A stretch of 39,594 bases of DNA from positions 1 to 39,594 of the IMG/VR virus record IMGVR_UViG_3300012952_000007; one strand, given 5' to 3'. The stretch is from a virus (taxonomy: Duplodnaviria > Caudoviricetes). Shown here one piece after another: positions 6,663 to 17,000 of this stretch. A model generated the notes under the pieces. It saw nothing but the letters and a program-made list of their open reading frames with translations, made no database searches and had not been told where the DNA came from. A program made the position numbers and the translations under genes. Within the stretch, counting starts at the first letter, position 1. Each line of letters starts with the position of its first letter.

Positions 6663-6980
6663 ATGAAGAATCATAAGTGGACATCTCAAGAACGTATGGC
6701 TGCGTTGCAGGTATACCTAAAGACAAGGAAGCTTAACCAGTTCTGGGCTGAGCAGTCTAAGACAACCACTGACAGAGATATATTCTGCGGCATAGCAGTG
6801 TCTCTATACCAGACCCATGACATCAAGGTAACAGCAGATGCTGTTAAAAGACAGATGGACCAGAGCTATCTAAAGCAAGTGCTAGAGCAGAAGAAGCTAG
6901 ATAGGGAAGAGATAATGAGACAGAAGAGGAACACGGAGAATGAGATACATCAACTAGAAGCAATGATAGCGTGCTTATAG
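6663..6980 (+). CDS. Putative DNA-binding protein (HTH/Myb-like N-terminus, coiled coil)
   Basis: KWTSQERMAALQVY start; GGAGG SD. Confidence 0.6.
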   Translation: MKNHKWTSQERMAALQVYLKTRKLNQFWAEQSKTTTDRDIFCGIAVSLYQTHDIKVTADAVKRQMDQSYLKQVLEQKKLDREEIMRQKRNTENEIHQLEAMIACL

Positions 6981-7183
6981 TACGCAGACATATTGACTCA
7001 TGGCATACCCTATCTGACCCATACCCAGTGTATGGTGGATTAAATAAACAACCTTATATAGAATGCACTAGGTGTGGGGAGAGATGGGCTATGGATGATA
7101 AGATTGCAACAGCTTTAGAAATCGAGGGAGACTCATCATTAATAGTTCATGCCCCCTGTAAACATAACGACATGGATCACTAA
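6971..7183 (+). CDS. Small Zn-binding protein
   Basis: CTRC...HAPC; overlaps upstream stop and the convergent resolvase. Confidence 0.5.
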   Translation: MLIVRRHIDSWHTLSDPYPVYGGLNKQPYIECTRCGERWAMDDKIATALEIEGDSSLIVHAPCKHNDMDH

Positions 7184-7511
7184 AGGCCATGCGTATTGTC
7201 CTACCTTGTACTGTCTCAGCTTCTAATAGTCCCACCTTATATTCACATACCACAAAGGCAGTACTCCTATCGTCCCTGATGATGGCTACGGGTATCCTAC
7301 CATCTGTATCACGTTTAGCCTGTTTCAATGCCGCTATGGGTGAAGGCTTTCTACCCCTTTTAGCCTCTATCCAAAAGTGCGGTATGTCCACATCAGGGAC
7401 GACCCCACCCATTCCTTGCTGACCCCTGGCTACACGATAGTTAGGGAAGATAGGCTTGAATAACTTGACTAGATGACGCTCGAAGTCATGCCCTTTACGT
7501 CTAGAAAGCAT
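7089..7511 (-). CDS. Holliday junction resolvase, PD-(D/E)XK type
   Basis: SRRKGHDFER...PD...IEAKR...QAKRD motifs. Confidence 0.85.
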   Translation of the reverse strand: MLSRRKGHDFERHLVKLFKPIFPNYRVARGQQGMGGVVPDVDIPHFWIEAKRGRKPSPIAALKQAKRDTDGRIPVAIIRDDRSTAFVVCEYKVGLLEAETVQGRTIRMAFSDPCRYVYRGHELLMMSLPRFLKLLQSYHP

Positions 7512-7589
7512 AGGAGACTAGGCGGAGAAGAGGGTAGTTAGCATGAAAAGGGGTGTAAACATGCTGATGTACACCTAGCCCCCTATGCT
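7507..7589 (-). ncRNA. Structured intergenic RNA element between ssb and resolvase
   Basis: 18-bp outer stem (7507-7524 with 7572-7589) whose 3 mismatches are all G-U on the minus strand; inner 6-bp stem with loop UUUACACCCCUUUU. Confidence 0.65.
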
Positions 7590-7959
7590 AGAAAGGTGCG
7601 GCCAAAGACCGGATGTAAACATTAGTGTTGTCACCGTTAGTTTGTACGGCAATATCGACTTCCTTATCAAGCATAGACTCTAGGTCTACCTGACCAGGAC
7701 TCTCAAAGCTTTGGTCCAAGATAATCTTAAGCTCACGCTTGAGCATGCCTCGGGTCTTGCTAGTCTTGAGACTGCTAACCTTCCAGACCATACGCCCATC
7801 ACTAAGCTTCAAGCCATATGATAAGTATGGTACGCCACTCTTACTACAGCGCCACTCTACCCTGTCTATCTTGGCAGTGTAGTCACCATCCTTGATGCCG
7901 TCCTCATCCTCATTCCAGTCCTTGTCATAACCATTAAAATCAAAACCACCTAGATTCAT
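7588..7959 (-). CDS. Single-stranded DNA-binding protein, DUF669-like
   Basis: DGDYTAKIDRVE...SKSG.PYL pattern, C-terminal PF; follows a Sak4-like ATPase. Confidence 0.75.
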   Translation of the reverse strand: MNLGGFDFNGYDKDWNEDEDGIKDGDYTAKIDRVEWRCSKSGVPYLSYGLKLSDGRMVWKVSSLKTSKTRGMLKRELKIILDQSFESPGQVDLESMLDKEVDIAVQTNGDNTNVYIRSLAAPF

Positions 7960-8636
7960 TTAGCACCCCTAATCGCCTTAGCAAAAACATTCCAATCCAT
8001 GGGTATAATGTCATCGACAATCTTATGACGACACCCCGCTACATACTCTCCATTCTCAGGAGGAGATGTGTAAACTACACGCTTACCTTTGTGCATGTCA
8101 AACCTTAAGATGAAGTCTACATCACCTTCAGTCCATTCCTTTACGCTACCACTAAGGTTAGGCCCCAGTACGCATAGCTCACCTGTCCTAGTCTTCTGGA
8201 CTCTGCCCTTCTCATGGGCAACTAAGATCAACATCAAAGGCAAACTCTTTAGTGCAGTGAATACCCTGCGCCATTCGCTATTAACTAAGCCATAGCCCTT
8301 ACCAAAGGACATGTCACTAATATGTTTCACGTTAAACTTCTGGCATATGTAATCTTCACACATGCCTTGTAAATTCCCAAGCGTATCAACAGCGACTGCG
8401 CTATAGGGATATTCCTTCTCAGCCTTTAGCGCCTTCACCACGTTGATGAAGTCCTGCCATGTGGTAATCAGGTCAGTCTGATAGCATTCAAGCCCTCCTA
8501 GACCCCTCTCTGTGGGGATTACAAGCGGATTCACCGCGCATGCCCAGGTTGATTTACCTATCTTGGGTTTACCATAGATTAAAAAGGTAAGGTCTTTAGG
8601 GTCTAACCCTTTAGGTGTTTTTCTTTTCGGTAGCAT
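7956..8636 (-). CDS. AAA_24 / Sak4-like recombination ATPase
   Basis: Walker A LIYGKPKIGKST, Walker B VAVDT, FGKGY, LVAH; start at 8636 after GAGGAG. Confidence 0.85.
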   Translation of the reverse strand: MLPKRKTPKGLDPKDLTFLIYGKPKIGKSTWACAVNPLVIPTERGLGGLECYQTDLITTWQDFINVVKALKAEKEYPYSAVAVDTLGNLQGMCEDYICQKFNVKHISDMSFGKGYGLVNSEWRRVFTALKSLPLMLILVAHEKGRVQKTRTGELCVLGPNLSGSVKEWTEGDVDFILRFDMHKGKRVVYTSPPENGEYVAGCRHKIVDDIIPMDWNVFAKAIRGAK

Positions 8637-9534
8637 TACCCAACTCCTCATGTGCCACTCGCTTGTCATATAAATAGCTTACTGCATCTCGGTTCCTAGC
8701 TTGGCACATAGATAGGTACTCACAAGGCCTCTTCCACTGAAAGCAATTGTTAGTATTCCGATATCCAGCAGCATCCTCAGTAGCTACCTTAAACATATCA
8801 TGGCCCATAATCCAAGTTTCTTGTAGTCGATGGTGTATTATTTCTTCCTCGATGGGGATAAACTCCCGTAAAAACATAGGCTTAGAGTCGTACTGGGCTA
8901 GCACCTTGGCCATGAGTGATACGTCTGTATCGTTCTTACACCACTTGAGTTGTGACTTTCCTAGCACATCATACAATGCCCCTTCGAGCTTAATGTTATT
9001 AGCCCGACCAAAGTAGTAGGCATAGAGTTGTATCTGCGCGTCATACCATACCTTTTGTATGTAGCTATCAGACACATAGCCAGCGGTCTTATGTTCTAAG
9101 ATCCAATACTTCCCATTCCTCTCTATGAGACCATCTATCTTACCACCAAACATAATGTGAGGACTCTCCTCACCAGTGTCTGGATTGTATAAAGGAGTAG
9201 AGAACTCTATCTCTGTACCTACTATATTGAATGGGTCTTTATCCCTAGGGTACTTCTCAAAGTACTTACTAAGCATGGCTAGGGATTTGACTTTGGCTTC
9301 AGCTTCCTTCTTCTCATACATAGAGAAGGCCTCTGTCTCCCTTGCGTCCTTGAGTAATTGTTCTTCAGACTCTCCATTGAACCAGCGCTCGAGGTACTCA
9401 TGTATAAATGTACCAAAGGTTAGGTTAAGAGATGGCACCCCTTTCTTAACTAACTCTTCTACATATCTGTACTTATAGGCTCTGCGGCAGGAGAGGAATT
9501 TACGGATTGAGCTTTGAGTTATTTTGTATTGCAA
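8611..9534 (-). CDS. PD-(D/E)XK exonuclease (RecB/Cas4-like)
   Basis: ITQSSIRKFLSCRR, GTFIH, GKIDG...ILEHKT, QIQLY, C-terminal Cys cluster. Confidence 0.88.
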   Translation of the reverse strand: MQYKITQSSIRKFLSCRRAYKYRYVEELVKKGVPSLNLTFGTFIHEYLERWFNGESEEQLLKDARETEAFSMYEKKEAEAKVKSLAMLSKYFEKYPRDKDPFNIVGTEIEFSTPLYNPDTGEESPHIMFGGKIDGLIERNGKYWILEHKTAGYVSDSYIQKVWYDAQIQLYAYYFGRANNIKLEGALYDVLGKSQLKWCKNDTDVSLMAKVLAQYDSKPMFLREFIPIEEEIIHHRLQETWIMGHDMFKVATEDAAGYRNTNNCFQWKRPCEYLSMCQARNRDAVSYLYDKRVAHEELGNATEKKNT

Positions 9535-9727
9535 TTGTAAGTTCCTGTATTGCTTTAGTATTATTTGCTTGAGTCACTTCAAGCTTATCCAATACAGACA
9601 TATTACGTTGCAAAAAGTCAATAAGGTCAGCGCGCTGTTGAGGTATGAGCTTAGCTAGGACGTAATAAAGAACCCATGCCATCATCCCCGTACTACCTAT
9701 TTCTAGCATCCAAGTTTCCATGTTCAT
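9500..9727 (-). CDS. Putative holin (BhlA-like, one TM helix)
   Basis: N-terminal hydrophobic helix plus coiled coil, beside the endolysin. Confidence 0.6.
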   Translation of the reverse strand: MNMETWMLEIGSTGMMAWVLYYVLAKLIPQQRADLIDFLQRNMSVLDKLEVTQANNTKAIQELTIAIQNNSKLNP

Positions 9728-9730
9728 ATC

Positions 9731-9781
9731 CTAGTATTTGAATGGGTTCTTAGGTTTGTTCTTGTTCTTTTTCTTTTTCAT
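9731..9781 (-). CDS. 16-aa basic mini-ORF MKKKKNKNKPKNPFKY
   Basis: ATGA overlap with amidase stop, GAGGT SD, nearly fills the amidase-holin gap. Confidence 0.45.
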   Translation of the reverse strand: MKKKKNKNKPKNPFKY

Positions 9782-10566
9782 TTGTACCTCATTTGCAGCG
9801 GTTTAGACACCCACCCTTGGGCCTCGAATATCTCTCTAACAAATAAACCATCCCAACGTCTAGTGCTTAGCTGTCCGTGGGCTATATGCCCTCGGTAATC
9901 ACTGTCTTTTACCTTCACTGCTTCACCATAAATACATAGGTTTGGGGGCATTGTTAAAGGTATGTTGTGACGCTCGGACAATAGCTTGGCAAGATAGATA
10001 ATAGCATCTCGTTGCTTGTGAGTCGGGCGCAGTACACGCTTAGCTCTCTTGTATGGACCCCAGTTCCTAGTAACTATGCGAGTCTTACGCTGTGTATCCT
10101 TCCCATTGCTACCCAGATAACGAGGCACTAACAGGTTACAAACATCTACCCCTATTGACTCTTGATTAAAGGGTCCACAATGCACAGTATAATGAGTAGA
10201 AGGAACGCATGTTTCGTATATGGTTCCGTCTTCGTCAATGTAGTAGTGACTCCCGTACTTCTTTCGTTCAAGTACTCTGTGACAAGTTGTCGCAGTACGA
10301 GTAATACTATCATGCCATACGATAGATTGAGGAGGCTTACGTCGCTTATAGGTATGTGAGCAGCGAAAGCGGGTTCTATTAATGTTATCAGTAGCAGTGT
10401 GCTTGATATAAGCAGCAATGGATATGGGACCAAAGTAACCATCTGGATTAACCCCTAACTCTTGTTGAGCTTTGATTATATTAGGACCAGTGATCTTACC
10501 ATACCTAGCAGTCCATTCTCCTACTAGGTTGTGCTCGTTTAACTGGTTTTCAGAATAGGTTACCAT
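9778..10566 (-). CDS. Endolysin: N-acetylmuramoyl-L-alanine amidase with peptidoglycan-binding domain
   Basis: QQELGVNPDGYFGP (PG binding); IVWHD, SHYYIDEDG, HCG.FN..SIGVD, AHGQL...DG (Amidase_2). Confidence 0.9.
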   Translation of the reverse strand: MVTYSENQLNEHNLVGEWTARYGKITGPNIIKAQQELGVNPDGYFGPISIAAYIKHTATDNINRTRFRCSHTYKRRKPPQSIVWHDSITRTATTCHRVLERKKYGSHYYIDEDGTIYETCVPSTHYTVHCGPFNQESIGVDVCNLLVPRYLGSNGKDTQRKTRIVTRNWGPYKRAKRVLRPTHKQRDAIIYLAKLLSERHNIPLTMPPNLCIYGEAVKVKDSDYRGHIAHGQLSTRRWDGLFVREIFEAQGWVSKPLQMRYK

Positions 10567-11093
10567 TCACTGACGCAGGTTACGCTGTTGCTTTTGTAGT
10601 TATGTGAACCGTAGAACCCAAAGGCCCACTTGTTCCAGCCACCAGTTGTAGTGGCGTTAGGGTTTAAGTCTCCGCGCCCCCCATAGCCATCGGCATCCAT
10701 TGCAAATGTACCAGTTGCAGGTGCTGGACCCTCTATATATCCAGAGCGTGTTCTTACATAGTCACTTGACCCAGGCTTGGTGTAGAAAGAGCACTTAATC
10801 TTAGCCTCAATGGAACCTGTGTTAAGCTTAAGGGTCACAAGAACTGCTACACATTGGTGTGAAAATGTATAAGAAAGCTTCTCGCTAGAGTCTAGATCTA
10901 TCTCTGCGGTTAGGGGCGTGGCATTACCGTCAGCATCAATCATGGCAACCAGAAGCTTGTCCCCCGACGCAAAAGCCGCTCCACCTGTGGCATGTAGCGT
11001 GATTAGTACATCAGTAAAGGGAACCTTGGGGTTCTTAAAGAAGTAGTGACAACTTTCTGTTAGTGTTGGGGTGCTTGCTTTTGCCTCTCTCAT
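10560..11093 (-). CDS. Hypothetical, probable virion protein
   Basis: 177 aa, beta-rich, coupled to neighbours in the late unit. Confidence 0.65.
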   Translation of the reverse strand: MREAKASTPTLTESCHYFFKNPKVPFTDVLITLHATGGAAFASGDKLLVAMIDADGNATPLTAEIDLDSSEKLSYTFSHQCVAVLVTLKLNTGSIEAKIKCSFYTKPGSSDYVRTRSGYIEGPAPATGTFAMDADGYGGRGDLNPNATTTGGWNKWAFGFYGSHNYKSNSVTCVSEW

Positions 11094-14000
11094 TTGTCCT
11101 CCAGGGCCTCATACACGGCCTTTGCTGCTCGGGTAGCCTTACCATGTTCTAGTTGCAACCGCTCCCCTAGCTGAAGCAGTATTGTAAATCTATTCTGGTA
11201 ATCGCCTTCGCTTATTTCGTTGTTAGCATACTTATATTGTAGGTTTTTAATAGCACGCATGTACTTTCTTTGCGAACGCGCACTCATTCCACCTACCCAT
11301 GCAAGATACTCGTCCATAGGCCATTTCGCCAGCCGTATTCCACCTCTAGTGGCAAGCTTGGCTAGTAGGGGTATCTCGGCACTGTCCCTGCCGAACCTTG
11401 GCATGCCAGCCTCTGCCTTGGAGACTCTCTTTTCCCCATACCCTATGCCATGCCATGAGTCTGGCGTTATCATTTGACCTATACCCGTAAAGCTCGGGCT
11501 GAAGCGCATAAGGGTTCTTTGTATTATAGCGCTCAACTGGTCACCAGACGTATAGCCCTCAAGCGCTCCACCGTACAGCGCCGTGCCATAGTGATGGTCC
11601 TTCCCAAAGATATCTAGGTATGTGCCTAGTATGGGACTAGAGGATAGGCCAACCCGCTTGAACCAGTCGAAGGCAGTTTCTTTCTTCCTCCTTACTTTGG
11701 GGAGGTAGTCTGCCCCTGGCACCATCTTCGCGGTGTCCCAGAAGGTTAAGAGATCACCCACATCTCCCGTTAGACGTGCCAAGCTTACCATCTTATCACC
11801 CTCGTAGTGCGGGAGCATCTGAGGTATGAGGTCTAGCGCCTCTTCGTCTATGCCTATGTTAGCTGCACTGAGTCCCTTCACATGATCGCCGGCTAATAGC
11901 CAGGAGCGCAATCGGTAGGGGTTTTCTGCCATGTACTTGTTGACTTGTGGGAGCATCCTTGCGTTGAATGCTACAAAGGGCTTTCCAAATATGCTACTAC
12001 GCATCCAGTGGAATGCACCTGCTAGATTCTCATAGTCAGCGTAAGCCTTGCGCACAGCATCTATTGTCTTTCTACGGTTTAGCGCATTCCAAGTCTTAGC
12101 CTTCACATGCTCAGCCTTAAGCTTCTTGTACATTGCGTATCTGTAAAAGTCGTCCCCTGCCTGATAGATATTTCCAGGGGTATCCCATAGCAGGTCTTTG
12201 GCGAACTTACCAAGTCCGGTCTTTGGAAACTGAGCGTTCATCCCATTGGCATAAATGTCCATGCTGGCGTCTACGATCTTACTAAGTACCTTAGCACCAT
12301 CCGTTGCCTTAGATAGCGCTGACCCAAAGACACCATTGTAAAGCTTGCCAATAGCCCTGCTAGCCTCTGCATAAGCCTCACCTCGGTGAATTACGCCAAA
12401 GCCAGTGCCTCCATGCTGCTCGAACTCTAGGTAGTCCTTGCTCTTCTTAAGCCGGAAAGCCATATCATATGCAGCCGCTGCATAGTATTGCCAATTGGCC
12501 GGGTTCCACATCTCCATCTTAGCTAGTGGTGATAGCACCAGCATATTCGATAGAAAGTTGTTCCCATGCGCGGAGGGGCTTAGTATAGTTTTGCTTCCCT
12601 TGAACCATGTGTTAACTCTTCCCGCTATGCTTCTATACGCACTTGCCCATCGTCTAGAATACACAATCTCATATGCAACGTTGGGTTCAAGCATGCCGTT
12701 CATGGTGCCCATCTTGTTTACCCTTGTGCCCTCAACGATAGGGTTCTCTACTGCTATCAACCTCCTATTAAGGCCAGTGGTCCACCACTCGCCATTGCTG
12801 CCCTTGGTTACCTTAGGGAACACTCGCCTCATAGCCCTGGGCATGCTCTCCTTAAATGGCTTCACCTTTCCAAGCGTAGTTAAAGCGGATTCTGTTAATG
12901 TGCGATCTGTAATGCCACCCTTGTAGATATCCCGTATAGAGCTTTCTACCCGCTTTGCATAAGCCTTAGCGCTTTCATTAGGCATCTGCTGCAATACAAG
13001 GACATGTCCACGCTCGCCCCAGTAGCCAGCAGTTTCCTTGTTGGCTATGCGACTGCCCTCTTCCCATCGCCCATTGTCTAATGGTCTATTGAGTGGCTTG
13101 ACAACCTGTGCTTCGTCCTGCAAGTCCCTCATTAGTCTAAGGTTTGCGGCTTCATAGTATGCAGTAGAGACATTCTCTGTTATCTCTTTTACCGTGTCCT
13201 CCACAAGGTAGAGGTACTCGCCTCTGCCAGCCTTAGCGGGGTCATAATCAGGACGTAGACGAGGGTCTTTCTGCTGCTCAAGGGTCAGGCCTTGCCGCCG
13301 CATCTTATTGACCTTCAGGGCAACAGCGTTGATAGCATTACCCCCGGCAAATGCCGCTTGGTCTAGCCTGTCAGCTATGATCTGCACATCATCACCCCTG
13401 GTAAAGATATCTTTAAACATCTGACGTGTGCTCTCGAGTGTAGCGGCTATAGTAGAGGATGACTTAGGAACCCAAACCTCTAGGTTGCTAGGGTAATATA
13501 GATCATCCAGCTTAGAGGCATCCCAAAAGGCATTCTCCTCTGCCAGCAGTCGGGTCATATGCCGGATATGGTCTATCATAGCCGCACCCTCGGTGTTCAT
13601 CATCTTCTCGTATTGCTCAAGAGCCTTCCTAGGTATGGGTCCAGTGTAGTCGTCTCTTATCTTATACCTTGGACGCACTATAACCTCACGCTGACGAGGT
13701 ATGCTTTTGAGTACCCCCTTGGGTAGAAGCTTGCCGAATGGGGTCTTCTCAACTAGCACCTGTTCATTTACAGGGCTACGTGGACGTGACACCTGCTCGT
13801 ATCTATCAAACGCACGCTTGAACTTGGCATCAGATTCATCTAGCTTCTCTGCAATCTTACCTCGTCTAGAATTAAGAGCATCAATACGCCTACGCACTGA
13901 CTCTTCAAGCTCAGTAAGCTGCCTTAGCTGCGGTGCGCCCTTTTGCTGCACTAGCATAGCCTCTATGATACGCCTAGCAGCGGGTCCAGGCTCTAGTCCG

Positions 14001-17000
14001 GCGGCAGTTCTCTCCAGGTCGTCGACCTTAGACATTCCATGCGCTAGCTCTTCAGCGCTGCCCCTTCGCGAGGGCTTTACCCCGTATATTGCTGCAACCA
14101 TATCCCTAGTAGACATCTTCTTTGGCTTTCCTGTGCGCTTTCGCCACCTCTTTGCCTCCCTGGGGCGGAGGTCTAGGAGAATCTCAAGGGTGGTTGGGCT
14201 TAGTAGCCGCATTAACGGCGCTGCCTCCCCGTAGTATCCAGATATCCTTCCCTGTTGCTCCTTAGATGTAAGTCCAACTAGCGATTCAGAAAGTCTTCTC
14301 TTGATGTCGAAGATCTTAGTAAGTACCGCTGCATCTTCCGATAAGGTTTCTAGGGTGGTCTTAGCATGCTCTAAGCGCTCATCAATTACGCCTATCCTTT
14401 GCTTTAGCTTAGCTCGCATGCCAGTGTTCTTAGCTGACTGTAGAAGCACTATGTCATTAAATGCGCTAGCTATCCTTTGCTCTGACTCTGCCGCTGTATA
14501 TAGGTCATCCAGGTTGCGCGTAAATGCCGCCTTGTACTCCTCCTGGTCGAAGCGAAGCAGTCTACCAAAGACGGCAACCAACTCATCTCCACCCTTCTTA
14601 TGCACTGCCTGGAGGATGTTAGCCATCTCCTGACTATGGACAACGGCAGAGCCTTGCATCTCTCTCACTTTAGCAGTGTAGGACTGGACCATGCGCTTAT
14701 CCCTGTCCCTAGTCCAGTATGCGTACTTGTGCCTAAGGGGAAAGCTTCCCTGGGTGGCTAGTGAAGGGTTCAGAACAGAGTTCTTTATTGAGTTGAAAAG
14801 AGTGAAGCCCCCAACAAATGGACTCATCTCACTAAGGAAGTTGCCTAGGTATGCTGCCGTTTCTTCAGCGGCTATAAGCTGCGCTGCGCTTTCTCTAGCT
14901 TTACCTCTGAGCTTAGGGTTTATATCTACTTTAACTCTCTGGGCAATGGATAGCTCAAGGTTCTTTATTCGAGCCTTGCGTAGTGCAATCTCATCTGCTG
15001 CGTTAAAGTCCTTCTTCCCATGCGTTGCAAGCCTAGCGCTTGCTTCCTTGTATAACCTATTAGCAGAGTCAAAGTTATCGGATGCAGCAAGAAGTTCAAG
15101 TTTGCGCTCTTTAACTGCATTCGCCTGACGCTCTGCGTTCTTTCGCAGATTGGCTAGGTGTGATTCATGGTGCGACAGAATGGTCTTTACCCTGGAGCTT
15201 ACCCACTTAATGTCTTCTATTGTCCTGATATCCCCCCAGGTAGACCTTAGCTCGTTAATGGCTTTAACCGCTGGATACCCATCCCCAAGCAGCAGGTTGT
15301 TATCTGCACCCTGTAGAGCACCAAGGAATGGATTCCGCCTAGCCCCTATTAATGCCGTTGGACCCTGCTGCAGTGGACCCTGCACGGTTATAGGAGGAAG
15401 GCTTTTAGAGCCATTGGCCTCAAGCAATCCTATCTGCCTCTGAATTGTTGGCGGGACAACTGGACCCTTTTTTGGGAACATGCCAATAGCGTCCTTTAGC
15501 TCAGATGCCGCAACCCTCTCAGCATGCACGAAGTCAGCACGCTCCTCCCTAAGAACCCTTGCACTCTCCTTTGCATCAACAGCCAACTTCCGCTCAGCCA
15601 CCTGCTTATCCCTATAATGCACTCGCAAATTCTCAAGCCTGTCCATCTGCTCCTGAGCAGAGGGCTTACGCTCTCCCGCCTTATAGCGCTGCTCAAGTTC
15701 AGATAGCTTTCCAGAAGTCTGTTTGCTTTGCCTATACATGGTGATGGAAGCATGGTCATGCCTAGACTCTATAGACTTCTGAAGCTCGATTGCTTCATCA
15801 TAATACTCACGAACAGCTTTTGCATTGGCATGGGCCTTTATTTTACTTGCAAGGTTATCCAGGTCTTTAATGTAGGACCGCACAGATGTAAACATCTCTG
15901 CGCCAGCCTGCCTCTCTGCCCTCGGTAGCCACTCAGAGTACCCTGATATCTCATCCTGTATAGCCTTGCCAAGAGAACCAGCCTCCTTCAGCCTGTCACT
16001 AGCGATCCTCTTCGCTCCCGTCTGGATAATAAGGTCTCTTTCCGCTAAAGCTTTCCCTCCCTCAAGCCTTTCGCTGGCTTTAAGTAGGCCATCAAGCTCC
16101 ACCTCAGTCTTTTCTAACTTGGCCCTGAGGTCATTGGTTATGGCCCCTGGGACAGGCACTAAGGCATTGGGGCTTTGTGAGCGCAGACGGTCTGAAGCCC
16201 TCCTTGGGACAGGCCACTCAATGTCATCCCACGGAACACCCTTGTTAAGGCTATGCTCAGCCTTTTCCCACAGGGCATTGTTAAGTTCTGCTGTACTTGC
16301 CCTTGCCTCATATGTCTGCTGCATGTGCTTGGCATATGCCCTGACCGCTGCTTTGGGAACGCCAGCAAACATATAGTAATCCAGCACTGCTTTACCCAGG
16401 CCTGGGCGTAGGAACTCACCATAGTCTGTAGCAAAGTCATATGCTCTGTGTGCAATGTGACTAGCCATAGGCGCAGCAATATCTAGGGTAGCCTTGCTCT
16501 TCTCTATTGCGCTTTCATCGCCGGCAAGATAACCCGCGCCCTTCCACGCCATTTGCCCAAATGCTATCACTGCTGGAACAAAGTGCTTAACCTCCTCCAC
16601 GGTATTCTCCATGAAGTCTGAGTACCAGTTGGCATCTGTCCAGAATGCAGCATCGCTAAAGGAGTCGTTATTGAATAAAGCCTCTGAGCCTGTAAGAGCG
16701 AGGCCTGTGGCACCATACTGCGTAAGCTTAGCGCCAGCGTATGCACGCCCTTTTAGCCTACCAGAGGTGCGCATCTTATGTAGTTTTCGGCCAGCGTAGA
16801 AGGATGTGGCAAACACTACTGCTTTAGTTCCAGCAGTAAGAAGGTCACTAAGGTCACCATTCTTCATGAGCGTTTCTAGCTTAGCGTATTGGTCTGCACC
16901 ATACTCTATGATTCTGCCGTTAGCATCGTCTGTATCAACGTACCAACGTACACCATCTACCACATCTACAGCAGTTCTCGCGGCAGAGATGACCTGATTA

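Noticed and set aside
8611-9534. Cas4 of a CRISPR system
   Set aside because: No cas genes or array; context with Sak4-like ATPase and SSB indicates a recombination exonuclease.
9719-9727. Lambda S-type dual start (Met-Asn-Met) in the holin
   Set aside because: No charged residue between the Mets and no evident control hairpin; too weak to claim.
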